Positions 55,568-64,000 of a stretch of DNA of 64,000 nucleotides are shown one piece after another. The translations under genes and the position numbers were made by a program. This DNA is from an uncultured Actinomycetes bacterium (GTDB lineage: Bacteria > Actinomycetota > Thermoleophilia > Gaiellales > Gaiellaceae). The notes beneath the pieces were generated by a model. The model was not told the origin of the DNA. It made no database searches and saw only the letters and a program-made list of their open reading frames with translations. The stretch lies in NCBI GenBank assembly GCA_963841405.1, contig CAWJCM010000006.1, positions 852 to 64,851 of the forward strand. Direction: 5' to 3'. Positions within the stretch are counted from its first letter, which is position 1, and every line of letters begins with the position of its first letter.

Positions 55568-56178
55568 GTGTCTGGTTCGGTGTTTCGCGATTCGCGGTGG
55601 GTGCTTCAGCTGTACCCGGAGGCCGGGGAAGCCGGCGGCTGTCTCCAATCGAGTAGGCAGTCCGGGTCGGGTGGGCACTCGAGCCCGGAGCGGGTGGAGG
55701 CCGAGGCGGGGCGGCGGGCGAAGGGGAGGATCCGCCGCTACTGCGCTGCGAATCGGCTGAACCGGCTCGGGACGCTCACCTATGCGGGTGCCGGCTGCCA
55801 TGACCCGGTGGGCGTGCGTCAGAACGTTGGGAGGTTCTTTAAGAGCCTGCGTGAGGAACTCGGCGGGGAACCGTTCCCCTACCTGTGGGTGCCCGAGGTA
55901 CATCCCGGAGGTCACGGGCTTCATGCCCACTTCGCGGTCGGGCGGTACATCAAGCGGTCGCTGATCGAGGAGAGCTGGAGACATGGCTTCGTCCACATCA
56001 AGCTGCTCGGGGACCTGCCGGTGGTTCGGGCTCCTTGGAGGAGGCCAGGATGGCCGGCCGCTACCTCGGCAAGTACGCGGCGAAGGCGCTCGGAGAGGGG
56101 CGCGTTCCCGGTCTGCACCGATACGAGGTTGCTCGGGATGAACGGCGGAGTGTCGCTAGGTGCGCCAGACGGGGGTGA
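55568..56178 (+). pseudogene. HUH rolling-circle replication initiator (Rep), frameshifted and 3'-truncated
   Basis: Motif 1 is LGTLTYAG and motif 2 is GLHAHFAVG, both in the frame of 55568. Motif 3 (AGRYLGKYAAKAL, then GLHRYEVAR) is only readable in the frame of 55885-56178. The gene ends where the recombinase gene ends. Confidence 0.6.
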
Positions 56179-57559
56179 GTCTGCCCGGGTCGAAGCGGTT
56201 GAAGCCTCGCCTGCCGGGGCCGACGACGACGTGGTCGAGGACGGCGGCGACGATCGCGTGCTGCCGGGTAAGAGGGAGTGACGCCCAGCGCTTCCGTAGT
56301 TCGGTCGCGTGGCCGATCTGGCCGGCGAGGGCGCTGGTGCGGGTCAGTCTGGCGAGTTGCTTCTTCGCGTCGGTCACCCGGTGCTCGATCGGGGTGCGGG
56401 CAGCTTGCCACTCGGTCAGGCCGATCTCGCGACGGCCGTACATCGCCGCCAGCTTCTCTAGCTGCTCGCGCGACTGGTCGATCTCTGCCTGCCAGCGCTC
56501 CGCGTCGGGATCACTCGGCTCGCCGCTGATCGCGGCCGCGAGCTCGGGCGAGTCAAGCCGATACAGCACCGCCTCGACCACGAACTCCTCCAGCCGGTCG
56601 GCCATGGCCGAGATTCGGCCGCAGCCGGAGAAGCCTGGGCCTTTCACACACTGGTAGGCGCCAGCCCCTCCCTGCTTGGGCCGCGAGACAAGCGTTTCCC
56701 CGCACAGGCCGCAACGTAACAGCCGCACGAGCAGGTACCGGCGGGCTGCCTTGTTCGTCCGCCGATCCGGGTCAGCCAGCAGACCGCGAATCCTCGTTGA
56801 GTCTGCCGGGCTGATTATCCCCGGCCACTCCGCGGCAGCGACGATCTCGCCCTTGTGCTCCCGCTGACCCGCGATCCGGGCCGATCGCAGCATCCGGCTG
56901 AGCGTCTGCGCCTGCCACTGCCCCCCTGTCGAGGTCGGCACAGCTCGCTCGTTCAGATCCGCGCAGATGGAGCGCAGCGCTTCCCCGGCCAGAAACCGGG
57001 CTGCGCACTCACGGATCACGACCGCCTCGGACTCCCGAACCGTGCGCTTGTCGTCCTCGTACCCGTACGGCCGGGAGCCGCCACCGGCGATCTTCCCTGC
57101 CTGGGCCAGCTCCTCGTGCTTGCGCCGGATCCGCCGGCTCTTGTCCTCACTCTCCTTCGCAGCCACCGCACCGAGAATACGGGCCTGGAACTGCCCCTCA
57201 GCCGTCGTCAGATCAATGTCCCCACTGACCGAGGTCACATTCGTCAAACCGAGCCGCCGGCAAAGATCGATAAACGCCTCCAACTCCCGCGGCTGCCGAT
57301 GCAAACGGTCAAGGTCATACACGAGCAGACCATCGACCGTGCCCGCTGCGAGGTCGTCGAGACAGCGCACGTACTCCGGTCGCGTCCTGCCGCTCCAAGC
57401 GCTCACATCGTCGTCGACGTACCGCTCAACAACCTGCCAGCCCTTCCGCTCCGCTAGTTGCTCACAGTCCGCCAACTGCCGCCGCACACCCAGAGCGTCG
57501 CCTTCCCGATCAGACGAGATCCGGGCATAGATCCCAGCACGAACACGAACAGCAGCCAC
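56156..57559 (-). CDS. large serine recombinase (phage-integrase type)
   Basis: The 467-aa ORF has the N-terminal resolvase catalytic domain GIYARISSD...VYDLDRLHRQ, a recombinase domain, a zinc-ribbon (RCGLCGE...YQC...CGR) and a coiled-coil tail. It has a GTG start with no Shine-Dalgarno sequence. Confidence 0.9.
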   Translation of the reverse strand: MAAVRVRAGIYARISSDREGDALGVRRQLADCEQLAERKGWQVVERYVDDDVSAWSGRTRPEYVRCLDDLAAGTVDGLLVYDLDRLHRQPRELEAFIDLCRRLGLTNVTSVSGDIDLTTAEGQFQARILGAVAAKESEDKSRRIRRKHEELAQAGKIAGGGSRPYGYEDDKRTVRESEAVVIRECAARFLAGEALRSICADLNERAVPTSTGGQWQAQTLSRMLRSARIAGQREHKGEIVAAAEWPGIISPADSTRIRGLLADPDRRTNKAARRYLLVRLLRCGLCGETLVSRPKQGGAGAYQCVKGPGFSGCGRISAMADRLEEFVVEAVLYRLDSPELAAAISGEPSDPDAERWQAEIDQSREQLEKLAAMYGRREIGLTEWQAARTPIEHRVTDAKKQLARLTRTSALAGQIGHATELRKRWASLPLTRQHAIVAAVLDHVVVGPGRRGFNRFDPGRLTPVWRT

Positions 57560-57609
57560 TCATGCAACATACACAAACATTGGATGTGCGAGCGTCCTCT
57601 CGCTCGAGG

Positions 57610-60600
57610 CTAGGGACGCAGGACCGCCCGCCGCGGGCCGGCGAGGAACCCGACCTCGACGAGCAGCGGCAGGGCCTCGCTCTCCGACACCGGCTCGCCG
57701 TCGAAGCGCTCGACCGCCAGCCGCTTGCGGCCGAAGCGGCGGGTGTGGTCGACCAGGGCGGCGAGCGCGACGCGCAACCATTCCGGGTCGGGATCCTGCA
57801 GCGGCACCATCGACTTTCCCCCGCGCTCGACGAACAGGGCGGGACGACCGCCGAGCAGGACGACGTGGGCGCCGGCGACGCGGGCGGCGCGCGCCCCCGA
57901 CCGCTTCGGCCAGGGCAACACGGCTCCGTACGGCTGCGCCGGGTCGGCGGCGGCCAGCACGAGCGGCTCCGCCTCGTCGTCCTCGCGCGGCCGCAGCTCG
58001 CGCAGCCGCTCCACCGCGCCGCCGAGCGCGAATTGGGCGCCGCCGAGCCCCTCGACGAAATAGCCACGCCGGCACAGGCCGAGGGTCTCCAGCGCCTTCA
58101 GCTCGCCGTAGACGGCCCCGTAGCCGCCGGCGATCCCCTCGCCGCGGACGCCGTCGCGCGTGACGATCCCCTGCCGCTCGAGCAGGAGCTCCGCGAGCGC
58201 GCGGCGGTCCTGCTCGCCCGCGAACAGCTGCTCGGCGAGCGACCAGCGTCCCTGAGTGCCTGTGTCGGCCAGTGTCCTCGATCTCGAGAAACGCCGGGGC
58301 CGTCTCTCCTTTCGCGGCGTCGCGTAGCGACGCCGCGACCTAAGCGGTTGCCAGGCGTCGTTGGTCACCTCGCCGGCCCAGACCAGGTCCCAGAGAGCAA
58401 CGAGTGCCTCGCTGCTCTCTAGCTGGCTCGTTTCCAGAAGGTCGTGCCAGAAAACCGCGCCTTCGCGCAGGACGCCGCGAACGGCATCCGCGACCTCGTC
58501 TTCCGGCGCCGGTGCCGCGGAGGGGCGGCCGAGGACGGCTGCATCCTCGCGAAAGAACAGCGCCACCCGGTCGAGCCCCGCCCCGACCCAGATGGCCTCG
58601 CCGGTAGCGCAGAGCTGGTCGAGCAGCTCCGGCCGGTAGCCGGGAACGCGCCGCGGCAGCACCTCCGACTCCCACAGCGACACCGGCAGCGACAGCGCCT
58701 GGAGCGGGACGAGCGCCTCGCGCAGCGTCGCGCGCCGGTCGATGCCGTGCCAGGAGGGCAGGAAGCGGCCGAGCGTCGCCTGCTCGGCAGGCTCGACCTC
58801 CTTGCGGAGCGCGGCGAGCGATGCGCGACGGAGGCGGCGGAGGACGTCGGGGTCGCACCACTCGCGCTCGCTGCCGCCCGGGCGCAGCTCGCCGCGCACG
58901 AGCTTCTCCTCCCGCTCGAGCGCTTTGAGCTCGGCCTCGACGTCTCGGCCGAAGCGCTCGTTCACCTCTGCGGTCGTGAACGGTCCTCGCGAGCGGGCGA
59001 AGCGCGCGACCAGCGACCGCAGCGGCTCCTCGCCGCTCTCCAGGAAAACCTCCGGCAGCCCCGAGGGAGGCATCGCCCCCAGCGCGTCGCGGTACCGGCC
59101 GGCGTCTTCGGCGGCGATCAAGCGCTCCTCACCCGCGACCCGGACGGTCACGGCCCGCCGCTCGCGTAGTAACGGTTCTGCAAGTTGGATATCAAATTCG
59201 TCGAATCGCAAGTCACCTATTCTTCTGAGAAGATCATGCAGATCGTCTGAGTTACGTGGATCACCACGCAAGTAGCTTTCCACCTGCTCGATCGCGGAGC
59301 GATCGAGCAGGTCCCGAAGCTCCTCCTGGCCGAGCAGCTCGCGCAGCAGATCGCGGTCTAGCGAGAGCGCCTGCGCCCGCCGCTCCGCCGGCGGCGTGTC
59401 GTCCTCGTACATGTACGTGGCGACGTAGTCGAAGAGCAGCGAGGCCGAGTACGGGGAGGCCGAGGGCGTCTCGACGTCGACCACGTCGAGCGCACGCGAA
59501 CGCAGTTTGCGCAGCAGCTGCTGCAGCGCCGGCAGGTCGAAGACGTCCTGCAGGCACTCGCGGTAGGTCTCGAGCACGATCGGGAACGCGGGGTAGCGGC
59601 GTGCGACCTGGAGCAGCGACTGGGCCTTGAGCCGCTGCTGCCAGAGCGGGGTCCGCTCGCCCGGGCGGCGGCGTGGGATCAGGAGGGCCCGGCCGGCGTT
59701 CTCGCGAAAGCGCGAGCCGAAGAGGGCCGACTGGCCGACCTCGGCGACGACGAGGTCCTCGAGCTCGTCGGGGTCGGGAACGAGCTCCTCCGTCGGCGGC
59801 GGTACGTCCGCGTCGGGCAGGTGGAAGGCGATGCCGTCGTCCGACCAGATGAACTGCGCCTCGAGCCCGAGCGTGTCGCGGAGCCGCGCGCCGGCCGCCA
59901 TCGCCCACGGCGCGTGCACGCGCGCGCCGAACGGAGTGAGGATGCAGACCCGCCAGTCGCCGATCTCGTCTCTGAATCTTTCGACGACAAGGCTCCGATC
60001 GGAGGGGACCACGCCCGTGGCAACTTCCTGCTCGCGCAGGAAGGCTAGAAGGTTGTGCGCCGCCTTCTCGTCGAGTCGATGCCTGCCTTGCAGGACCTCC
60101 AGCGCTCTCGCTTGCGAGAGCGCGACCAGCTCGCGCGAGAACTGCCCGATGCGCTCGCCCAGTTCGAAGGGCCTCCCCACCCCCTCGCCCTTCCAGAACG
60201 GCACGGCGCCCGGGACGCCCGGCGCCGGCGTGACCAGGACGCGGTCGCGGGTGATCTCCTCGATCCTCCAGGTGGAGGCGCCGAGCAGGAACGTCTGGCC
60301 TGCGCGGGCCTCGTAGACCATCTCCTCGTCGAGCTCTCCGACGCGGCCGCCGCCGTCGACCAGGTGCACGCCGAACAGGCCGCGGTCGGGGATGGTGCCG
60401 GCGTTCGTGACTGCGAGGCGGCGTGCCCCCTCGCGGCCACGGATCGTGCCCCCGGTGCGGTCCCAGACGATCCGTGGCTTCAGCTCGGCGAACTCGTCGG
60501 ATGGGTAGCGGCCCGAGAGCATGTCGAGAACGTTCTCGAGCTGGGCGCGGGAGAGGTCGGCGAACGGATAGGCGCCGCGGACGAGGTCGTGCAGCTCCCC

Positions 60601-61884
60601 CAGGTCGATCTCCTCCTGCGCAGCGACCGCGACGATCTGCTGGGAGAGCACATCCAGCGGGTTCTTCGGGATCACCGTCTCCTCGATCTCGCCGGCGAGC
60701 ATCCGCTCCGCGACCACCGCCGACTCGAGCAGGTCGGCGCGGAACTTCGGGAAGATCCGCCCCTTCGAGGTCGCGCCGAGCTCGTGCCCGGCCCGCCCGA
60801 TGCGCTGCAGGCCGCGGGCGACCGACTTCGGGGACTCGACCTGGATCACGAGGTCGACCGCGCCCATGTCGATGCCGAGCTCGAGCGACGACGTTGCGAC
60901 CAGGCACGGGATCTCGCCGCGCTTGAGCAGCTCCTCGACCTCCACGCGCTGCTCCCGCGCCAGCGAGCCGTGGTGGGCGCGGGCGATTTCCTTCTCCGCG
61001 AGCTCGTTCAGCCGGAGCGCGAGCCGCTCCGCCAGGCGACGGTTGTTGACGAACACGATCGTCGAGCGGTGCTCCTCGACCAGCTTCAACAGCTCCGGGT
61101 AGATCGACGGCCAGATCGAGGTCGCTGCCACGCCCTCCGCGCCCGTGCCGAGGAGCGGGTCGGTCGGCGCGGCACCGGCGCCCGGCTCCCGCATGTCCTC
61201 GACCGGCACGACGACGCGCAGGTCGAGCTCCTTGCGGGTACCGGCGTCGACGAGCCGGATCGGACGGGCTCCCGACACGAAACGCCCGATCTCGTCGAGC
61301 GGCCGCTGCGTCGCAGACAAACCGACCCTTTGGGCCGGTTTGTCGAGAAGGCGGTCGACACGCTCGAGCGTGATCGCAAGGTGCGCGCCTCGCTTGGTGC
61401 CGGCAATCGCGTGAACCTCGTCCACGATGATGGTCTCGATTCCCCTCATGACGTCGCGGGCACGCGACGTCATGAGCAAGAACAGCGACTCGGGCGTGGT
61501 GATCAGGATGTCGGGTGGCCTGCGCAGCATCGCCGCCCGCTCCTTCTGGGGCGTGTCGCCGGTGCGGACGGCGACGGTCAGCTCCGACTGTAGCCCCGCC
61601 AGCGGCCCCCGCAGGTTCCGCTCGACGTCGTAGTTCAACGCCTTCAGCGGCGAGACGTAGAGCAGCCTGAGCCCCTCGCCGGGCGCCTCGTTCAACCGGT
61701 CGATCCCGTACAGGAACGCCGCCAGCGTCTTCCCCGAGCCGGTCGGCGCCTGGATCAGCGTATGCTCGCCCGAGGCGATCGCCGGCCAGCCCGCCTCCTG
61801 CGCGGGCGTCGGCCCGGCGAAGGCGCGCTCGAACCAGTCGCGCGTCGCCGGAGTGAACAGATCGAGAACGCCGGCGTCCTTCAT
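57610..61884 (-). CDS. lhr: Lhr-family ATP-dependent DEAD/DEAH helicase
   Basis: QAPTGSGKTLAAF, DEVHAIAG and HHGSLAREQR, plus a long Lhr C-terminal extension. I took the start at ATG 61884 (MKDAGVLDLF); the track ORF's first 68 aa are Arg-rich junk. Confidence 0.88.
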   Translation of the reverse strand: MKDAGVLDLFTPATRDWFERAFAGPTPAQEAGWPAIASGEHTLIQAPTGSGKTLAAFLYGIDRLNEAPGEGLRLLYVSPLKALNYDVERNLRGPLAGLQSELTVAVRTGDTPQKERAAMLRRPPDILITTPESLFLLMTSRARDVMRGIETIIVDEVHAIAGTKRGAHLAITLERVDRLLDKPAQRVGLSATQRPLDEIGRFVSGARPIRLVDAGTRKELDLRVVVPVEDMREPGAGAAPTDPLLGTGAEGVAATSIWPSIYPELLKLVEEHRSTIVFVNNRRLAERLALRLNELAEKEIARAHHGSLAREQRVEVEELLKRGEIPCLVATSSLELGIDMGAVDLVIQVESPKSVARGLQRIGRAGHELGATSKGRIFPKFRADLLESAVVAERMLAGEIEETVIPKNPLDVLSQQIVAVAAQEEIDLGELHDLVRGAYPFADLSRAQLENVLDMLSGRYPSDEFAELKPRIVWDRTGGTIRGREGARRLAVTNAGTIPDRGLFGVHLVDGGGRVGELDEEMVYEARAGQTFLLGASTWRIEEITRDRVLVTPAPGVPGAVPFWKGEGVGRPFELGERIGQFSRELVALSQARALEVLQGRHRLDEKAAHNLLAFLREQEVATGVVPSDRSLVVERFRDEIGDWRVCILTPFGARVHAPWAMAAGARLRDTLGLEAQFIWSDDGIAFHLPDADVPPPTEELVPDPDELEDLVVAEVGQSALFGSRFRENAGRALLIPRRRPGERTPLWQQRLKAQSLLQVARRYPAFPIVLETYRECLQDVFDLPALQQLLRKLRSRALDVVDVETPSASPYSASLLFDYVATYMYEDDTPPAERRAQALSLDRDLLRELLGQEELRDLLDRSAIEQVESYLRGDPRNSDDLHDLLRRIGDLRFDEFDIQLAEPLLRERRAVTVRVAGEERLIAAEDAGRYRDALGAMPPSGLPEVFLESGEEPLRSLVARFARSRGPFTTAEVNERFGRDVEAELKALEREEKLVRGELRPGGSEREWCDPDVLRRLRRASLAALRKEVEPAEQATLGRFLPSWHGIDRRATLREALVPLQALSLPVSLWESEVLPRRVPGYRPELLDQLCATGEAIWVGAGLDRVALFFREDAAVLGRPSAAPAPEDEVADAVRGVLREGAVFWHDLLETSQLESSEALVALWDLVWAGEVTNDAWQPLRSRRRYATPRKERRPRRFSRSRTLADTGTQGRWSLAEQLFAGEQDRRALAELLLERQGIVTRDGVRGEGIAGGYGAVYGELKALETLGLCRRGYFVEGLGGAQFALGGAVERLRELRPREDDEAEPLVLAAADPAQPYGAVLPWPKRSGARAARVAGAHVVLLGGRPALFVERGGKSMVPLQDPDPEWLRVALAALVDHTRRFGRKRLAVERFDGEPVSESEALPLLVEVGFLAGPRRAVLRP

Positions 61885-61979
61885 CGAGCCAGCGTACCGC
61901 CTGGCCGTCATGCGAACAAGTGTTCGTTCGGGACGGGTGTGTCGTCTGCGCGCGGGGCGTCGGCTAGGCTCTGCCGCTC

Positions 61980-62849
61980 GTGGAGCCGGCTCCGAAATCC
62001 CTCGTTCCTTGGCTCGCGGCCGCTGCCGTCTCGTTCCTCGTGCTCGCCGGGCCTGCGGCCGCGTCGCAGCTCGTCGGCGTCGACACAAGCCATGTCAAGC
62101 TGGCCGCCGACGGATCGGGCCGGGCGCTCGTCACCTTCACGAGCGGCGGCTCGGTACACCAGGTTCTCGCCTCGGGCGCGATCAACGCCAGGGCGCCGTC
62201 CGAGAGCGTGCCGCAGGTGCAGTTCACGCTGAACACCCACGGCGGCGCGCTCCGGAACGCCTGCACCCCGGTGTCACTCCCGCTCGCCTGGCTGGTCGCG
62301 GCGTGCAAGGCGCCGGACGGCTCCTACTGGGCGCTACAGAGCTGGCAGCGCCTGCTGCCGAACGGAGGCGCCCGGCCGGCGCCGGCCCAGGCCATCAGGG
62401 AGCTCCGCCTCTCCCACTGGCGGGGCCCGGCGGCCACCCTGACGATCCATTTCGGCTGGGCCTACCGCCGGTACGTCCAGCTCTACGGCCTCTTCGACTA
62501 TGGCGGGCCGGTGTTCGGCTACCACGTACGCAGCGGCGTTCCGCTCGACGGCTACGGCCGAAACATCTACGTCGACGCGCTCGACTCTGATCTCGGCGCG
62601 GGCTGGCGCCGCGTGAACAGCTTCCTCGCGCACGCCCCGGTCGGGGCGTTCTGCTACGGCTTCTACCCGCACGGCGGGCACCTCGGCGTCGGCAGGCTGC
62701 TGCGCGCGACCGCGATCGGCCCCGGGGTCACGCCGGACGTGATGTGGCAGGGCGCTCCTCCTGGCCGCTACGACGCCGCAGCCGACCGCGTCGCGGACGA
62801 CGACCTGCGCTCGCTGCTGAAGGGCGATCGCCTCTGCCGCGCAGTCTAG
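61980..62849 (+). CDS. secreted hypothetical protein
   Basis: The 289-aa ORF has a GTG start and the signal peptide LVPWLAAAAVSFLVLAGPAAAS. Its composition is Trp/Tyr/Gly-rich and coding-like. Confidence 0.6.
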   Translation: MEPAPKSLVPWLAAAAVSFLVLAGPAAASQLVGVDTSHVKLAADGSGRALVTFTSGGSVHQVLASGAINARAPSESVPQVQFTLNTHGGALRNACTPVSLPLAWLVAACKAPDGSYWALQSWQRLLPNGGARPAPAQAIRELRLSHWRGPAATLTIHFGWAYRRYVQLYGLFDYGGPVFGYHVRSGVPLDGYGRNIYVDALDSDLGAGWRRVNSFLAHAPVGAFCYGFYPHGGHLGVGRLLRATAIGPGVTPDVMWQGAPPGRYDAAADRVADDDLRSLLKGDRLCRAV

Positions 62850-62859
62850 GATCACGGGC

Positions 62860-63411
62860 ATGCCGGATCGCCTGTACTTCACCGGCAACGACGAGGCCGA
62901 CCGGCTGCTCGTCGAGGAACCGATGGCGCTGCTGATCGGGTTCGCGCTCGACCAGCAGGTGCCCGTTCCCACGGCGTTCCTGGGTCCGCTGAAGCTGAAG
63001 CAGCGGCTGGGCACGCTCGACCCGGGCCGGATCGCCACGACCGACCCCGCCGTACTGGAGGCAGCCTTCCGGGAGAAGCCGGCGATCCATCGCTTTCCCG
63101 GGAACATGGCGCGGCGGGTCCAGGAGCTCGCCGCAGTCGTCGAGGAGCGGTACGGCGGGAAGGCCGAGCGGCTCTGGACGGAGGCAAATGACTCGGACGA
63201 TCTCCGCGATCGGATCGAAGGGCTTCCCGGCTTCGGCGAGATGAAGGTGAAGGCGCTCGGGTCCGTGCTGGCCAAGCGCCTCGGGGTCGAGGCGGCCCAG
63301 GGCCTCGTCCCGGACCACCCCACCCTCGGGGACGTCGACTCGGCCGAGGCGCTCGAGCGCTACCAGGCCGGCAAGCGCGCGTACAAGGCGTCCCTCAGAG
63401 CGAAGAGTTAG
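62860..63411 (+). CDS. HhH-GPD-type base-excision DNA repair protein
   Basis: The 183-aa ORF contains LYFTGNDEADRLLVEEPMALLIGFALDQQV and LPGFGEMKVKAL (the hairpin-helix-hairpin). Confidence 0.75.
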   Translation: MPDRLYFTGNDEADRLLVEEPMALLIGFALDQQVPVPTAFLGPLKLKQRLGTLDPGRIATTDPAVLEAAFREKPAIHRFPGNMARRVQELAAVVEERYGGKAERLWTEANDSDDLRDRIEGLPGFGEMKVKALGSVLAKRLGVEAAQGLVPDHPTLGDVDSAEALERYQAGKRAYKASLRAKS

Positions 63412-63895
63412 AGAGCAGGGCGCGCAGCGCGTCCGCGTCGCGCCGTACCTCCTCCTCCGGGAACGGCGGCGGGTCCTCGTCCGGCCAGGGGAACGGCCAG
63501 CCCGGCCGTGGATCGTCGGCGTAGCGCGGCATCACGTGCGCGTGGAGGTGCGGAACGGAGTTGCCCAGCAGCTCGTAGTTCAGCTTCACGGGCCCGAAGC
63601 GGCGCTCGATCGCCCGCCCGACCTCGACCAGCTCGCGCCACCAGCCTGCGGCCTCCCCGGCGTCGAGCTCGGTCGGCTCGGCGACGTGCCGTCCCCGCCA
63701 GATCACGGTCGTGTACCCCCGCTGGACGTTCTTCCGCTGCAGGTACGCGTCCACCCGTTCCCCGGAGTAGAAACGGATGCCGTGGCCGTTGTCCGGGCCG
63801 CCGTCCGCGCAGAGCGGACATCCCTCGCCGCCCAGCATGGCGTAGAACGACTGCGGCCATTCCACGTTCGCGACGTTAGCATCGGGCCGAGCCAT
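63395..63895 (-). CDS. HIT (histidine triad) family protein
   Basis: HLHAHVMPRY is the histidine triad. The start is taken at ATG 63895 (MARPDANV). Confidence 0.75.
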   Translation of the reverse strand: MARPDANVANVEWPQSFYAMLGGEGCPLCADGGPDNGHGIRFYSGERVDAYLQRKNVQRGYTTVIWRGRHVAEPTELDAGEAAGWWRELVEVGRAIERRFGPVKLNYELLGNSVPHLHAHVMPRYADDPRPGWPFPWPDEDPPPFPEEEVRRDADALRALLSNSSL

Positions 63896-64000
63896 GCCCG
63901 AGACGCCCGAAGAGTTGCACGCACGGGCCGCCGGCGCGCTGCGCATGCCGCCGGTCGAGACCTGGGAGTCCTTTCCCTTCGACGGCGAGCTGCGGCCCCG
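63894..64000 (+). CDS. hypothetical protein, 5' fragment only; continues beyond the window
   Basis: ATG at 63894 reads MPETPEELHARAAGALRMPPVETWESFPFDGELRP and is open to the window end. It is divergent from, and overlaps, the HIT start. Confidence 0.3.
   Translation, partial: MPETPEELHARAAGALRMPPVETWESFPFDGELRP

Noticed and set aside
55430-55996. The 188-aa minus-strand ORF opposite the Rep gene.
   Set aside because: It is antisense to a region carrying the HUH Rep motifs 1 and 2, and its translation has no recognisable features.

Overview
High-GC (about 70%) actinobacterial-type chromosome; the taxon call is inference only. The window splits into three parts.

**1-40.8 kb: core metabolism.**
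- A leucine/isovalerate catabolism set: carboxyltransferase and biotin carboxylase subunits of a methylcrotonyl-CoA-type carboxylase, an enoyl-CoA hydratase and an acyl-CoA dehydrogenase. Two secreted repeat proteins interrupt it, one collagen-like and one with six Ig-like tandem repeats.
- Also present: tRNA-Trp, adenine deaminase, leucyl aminopeptidase, an MBL-rhodanese fusion, a cyclase-STAND-TPR protein, ilvA, meaB, hisC and ggt.
- One complete IS481-family element.
- An unusual four-gene minus-strand module, unknown-unknown-parA-ftsZ, lying outside any dcw context.

**40.8-57.6 kb: decayed and mosaic accessory DNA.**
- Pseudogenes: a nitronate-monooxygenase-like gene and a very large cyclase/TM/beta-propeller/SBP5 gene. 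The latter carries two frameshifts and an IS110-family insertion.
- A 7-kb run of single-gene modules: VOC, methyltransferase, four GNATs, two 90%-identical cupins, FUSC-like, PPOX-like.
- Every gap between these modules carries the same co-oriented imperfect-palindromic repeat, core TGCGCCAGCGTTCGGGAATGACGCC. I count at least 10 copies here and saw none elsewhere in the window. This cassette-array-like architecture fits neither the integron attC nor the dif consensus. It is my main candidate for something undescribed.
- It is followed by a gene with an HEPN-like R-x4-H motif split cleanly by an IS5-family element, a frameshifted HUH rolling-circle Rep, and a large serine recombinase abutting the 3' end of lhr.

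**57.6-64 kb: core again.** Lhr helicase, a secreted protein, an HhH-GPD repair protein and a HIT protein.

No CRISPR array and no rRNA were seen. Many long Arg/Pro/Ala-rich ORFs in the track are antisense artefacts of the high GC content.
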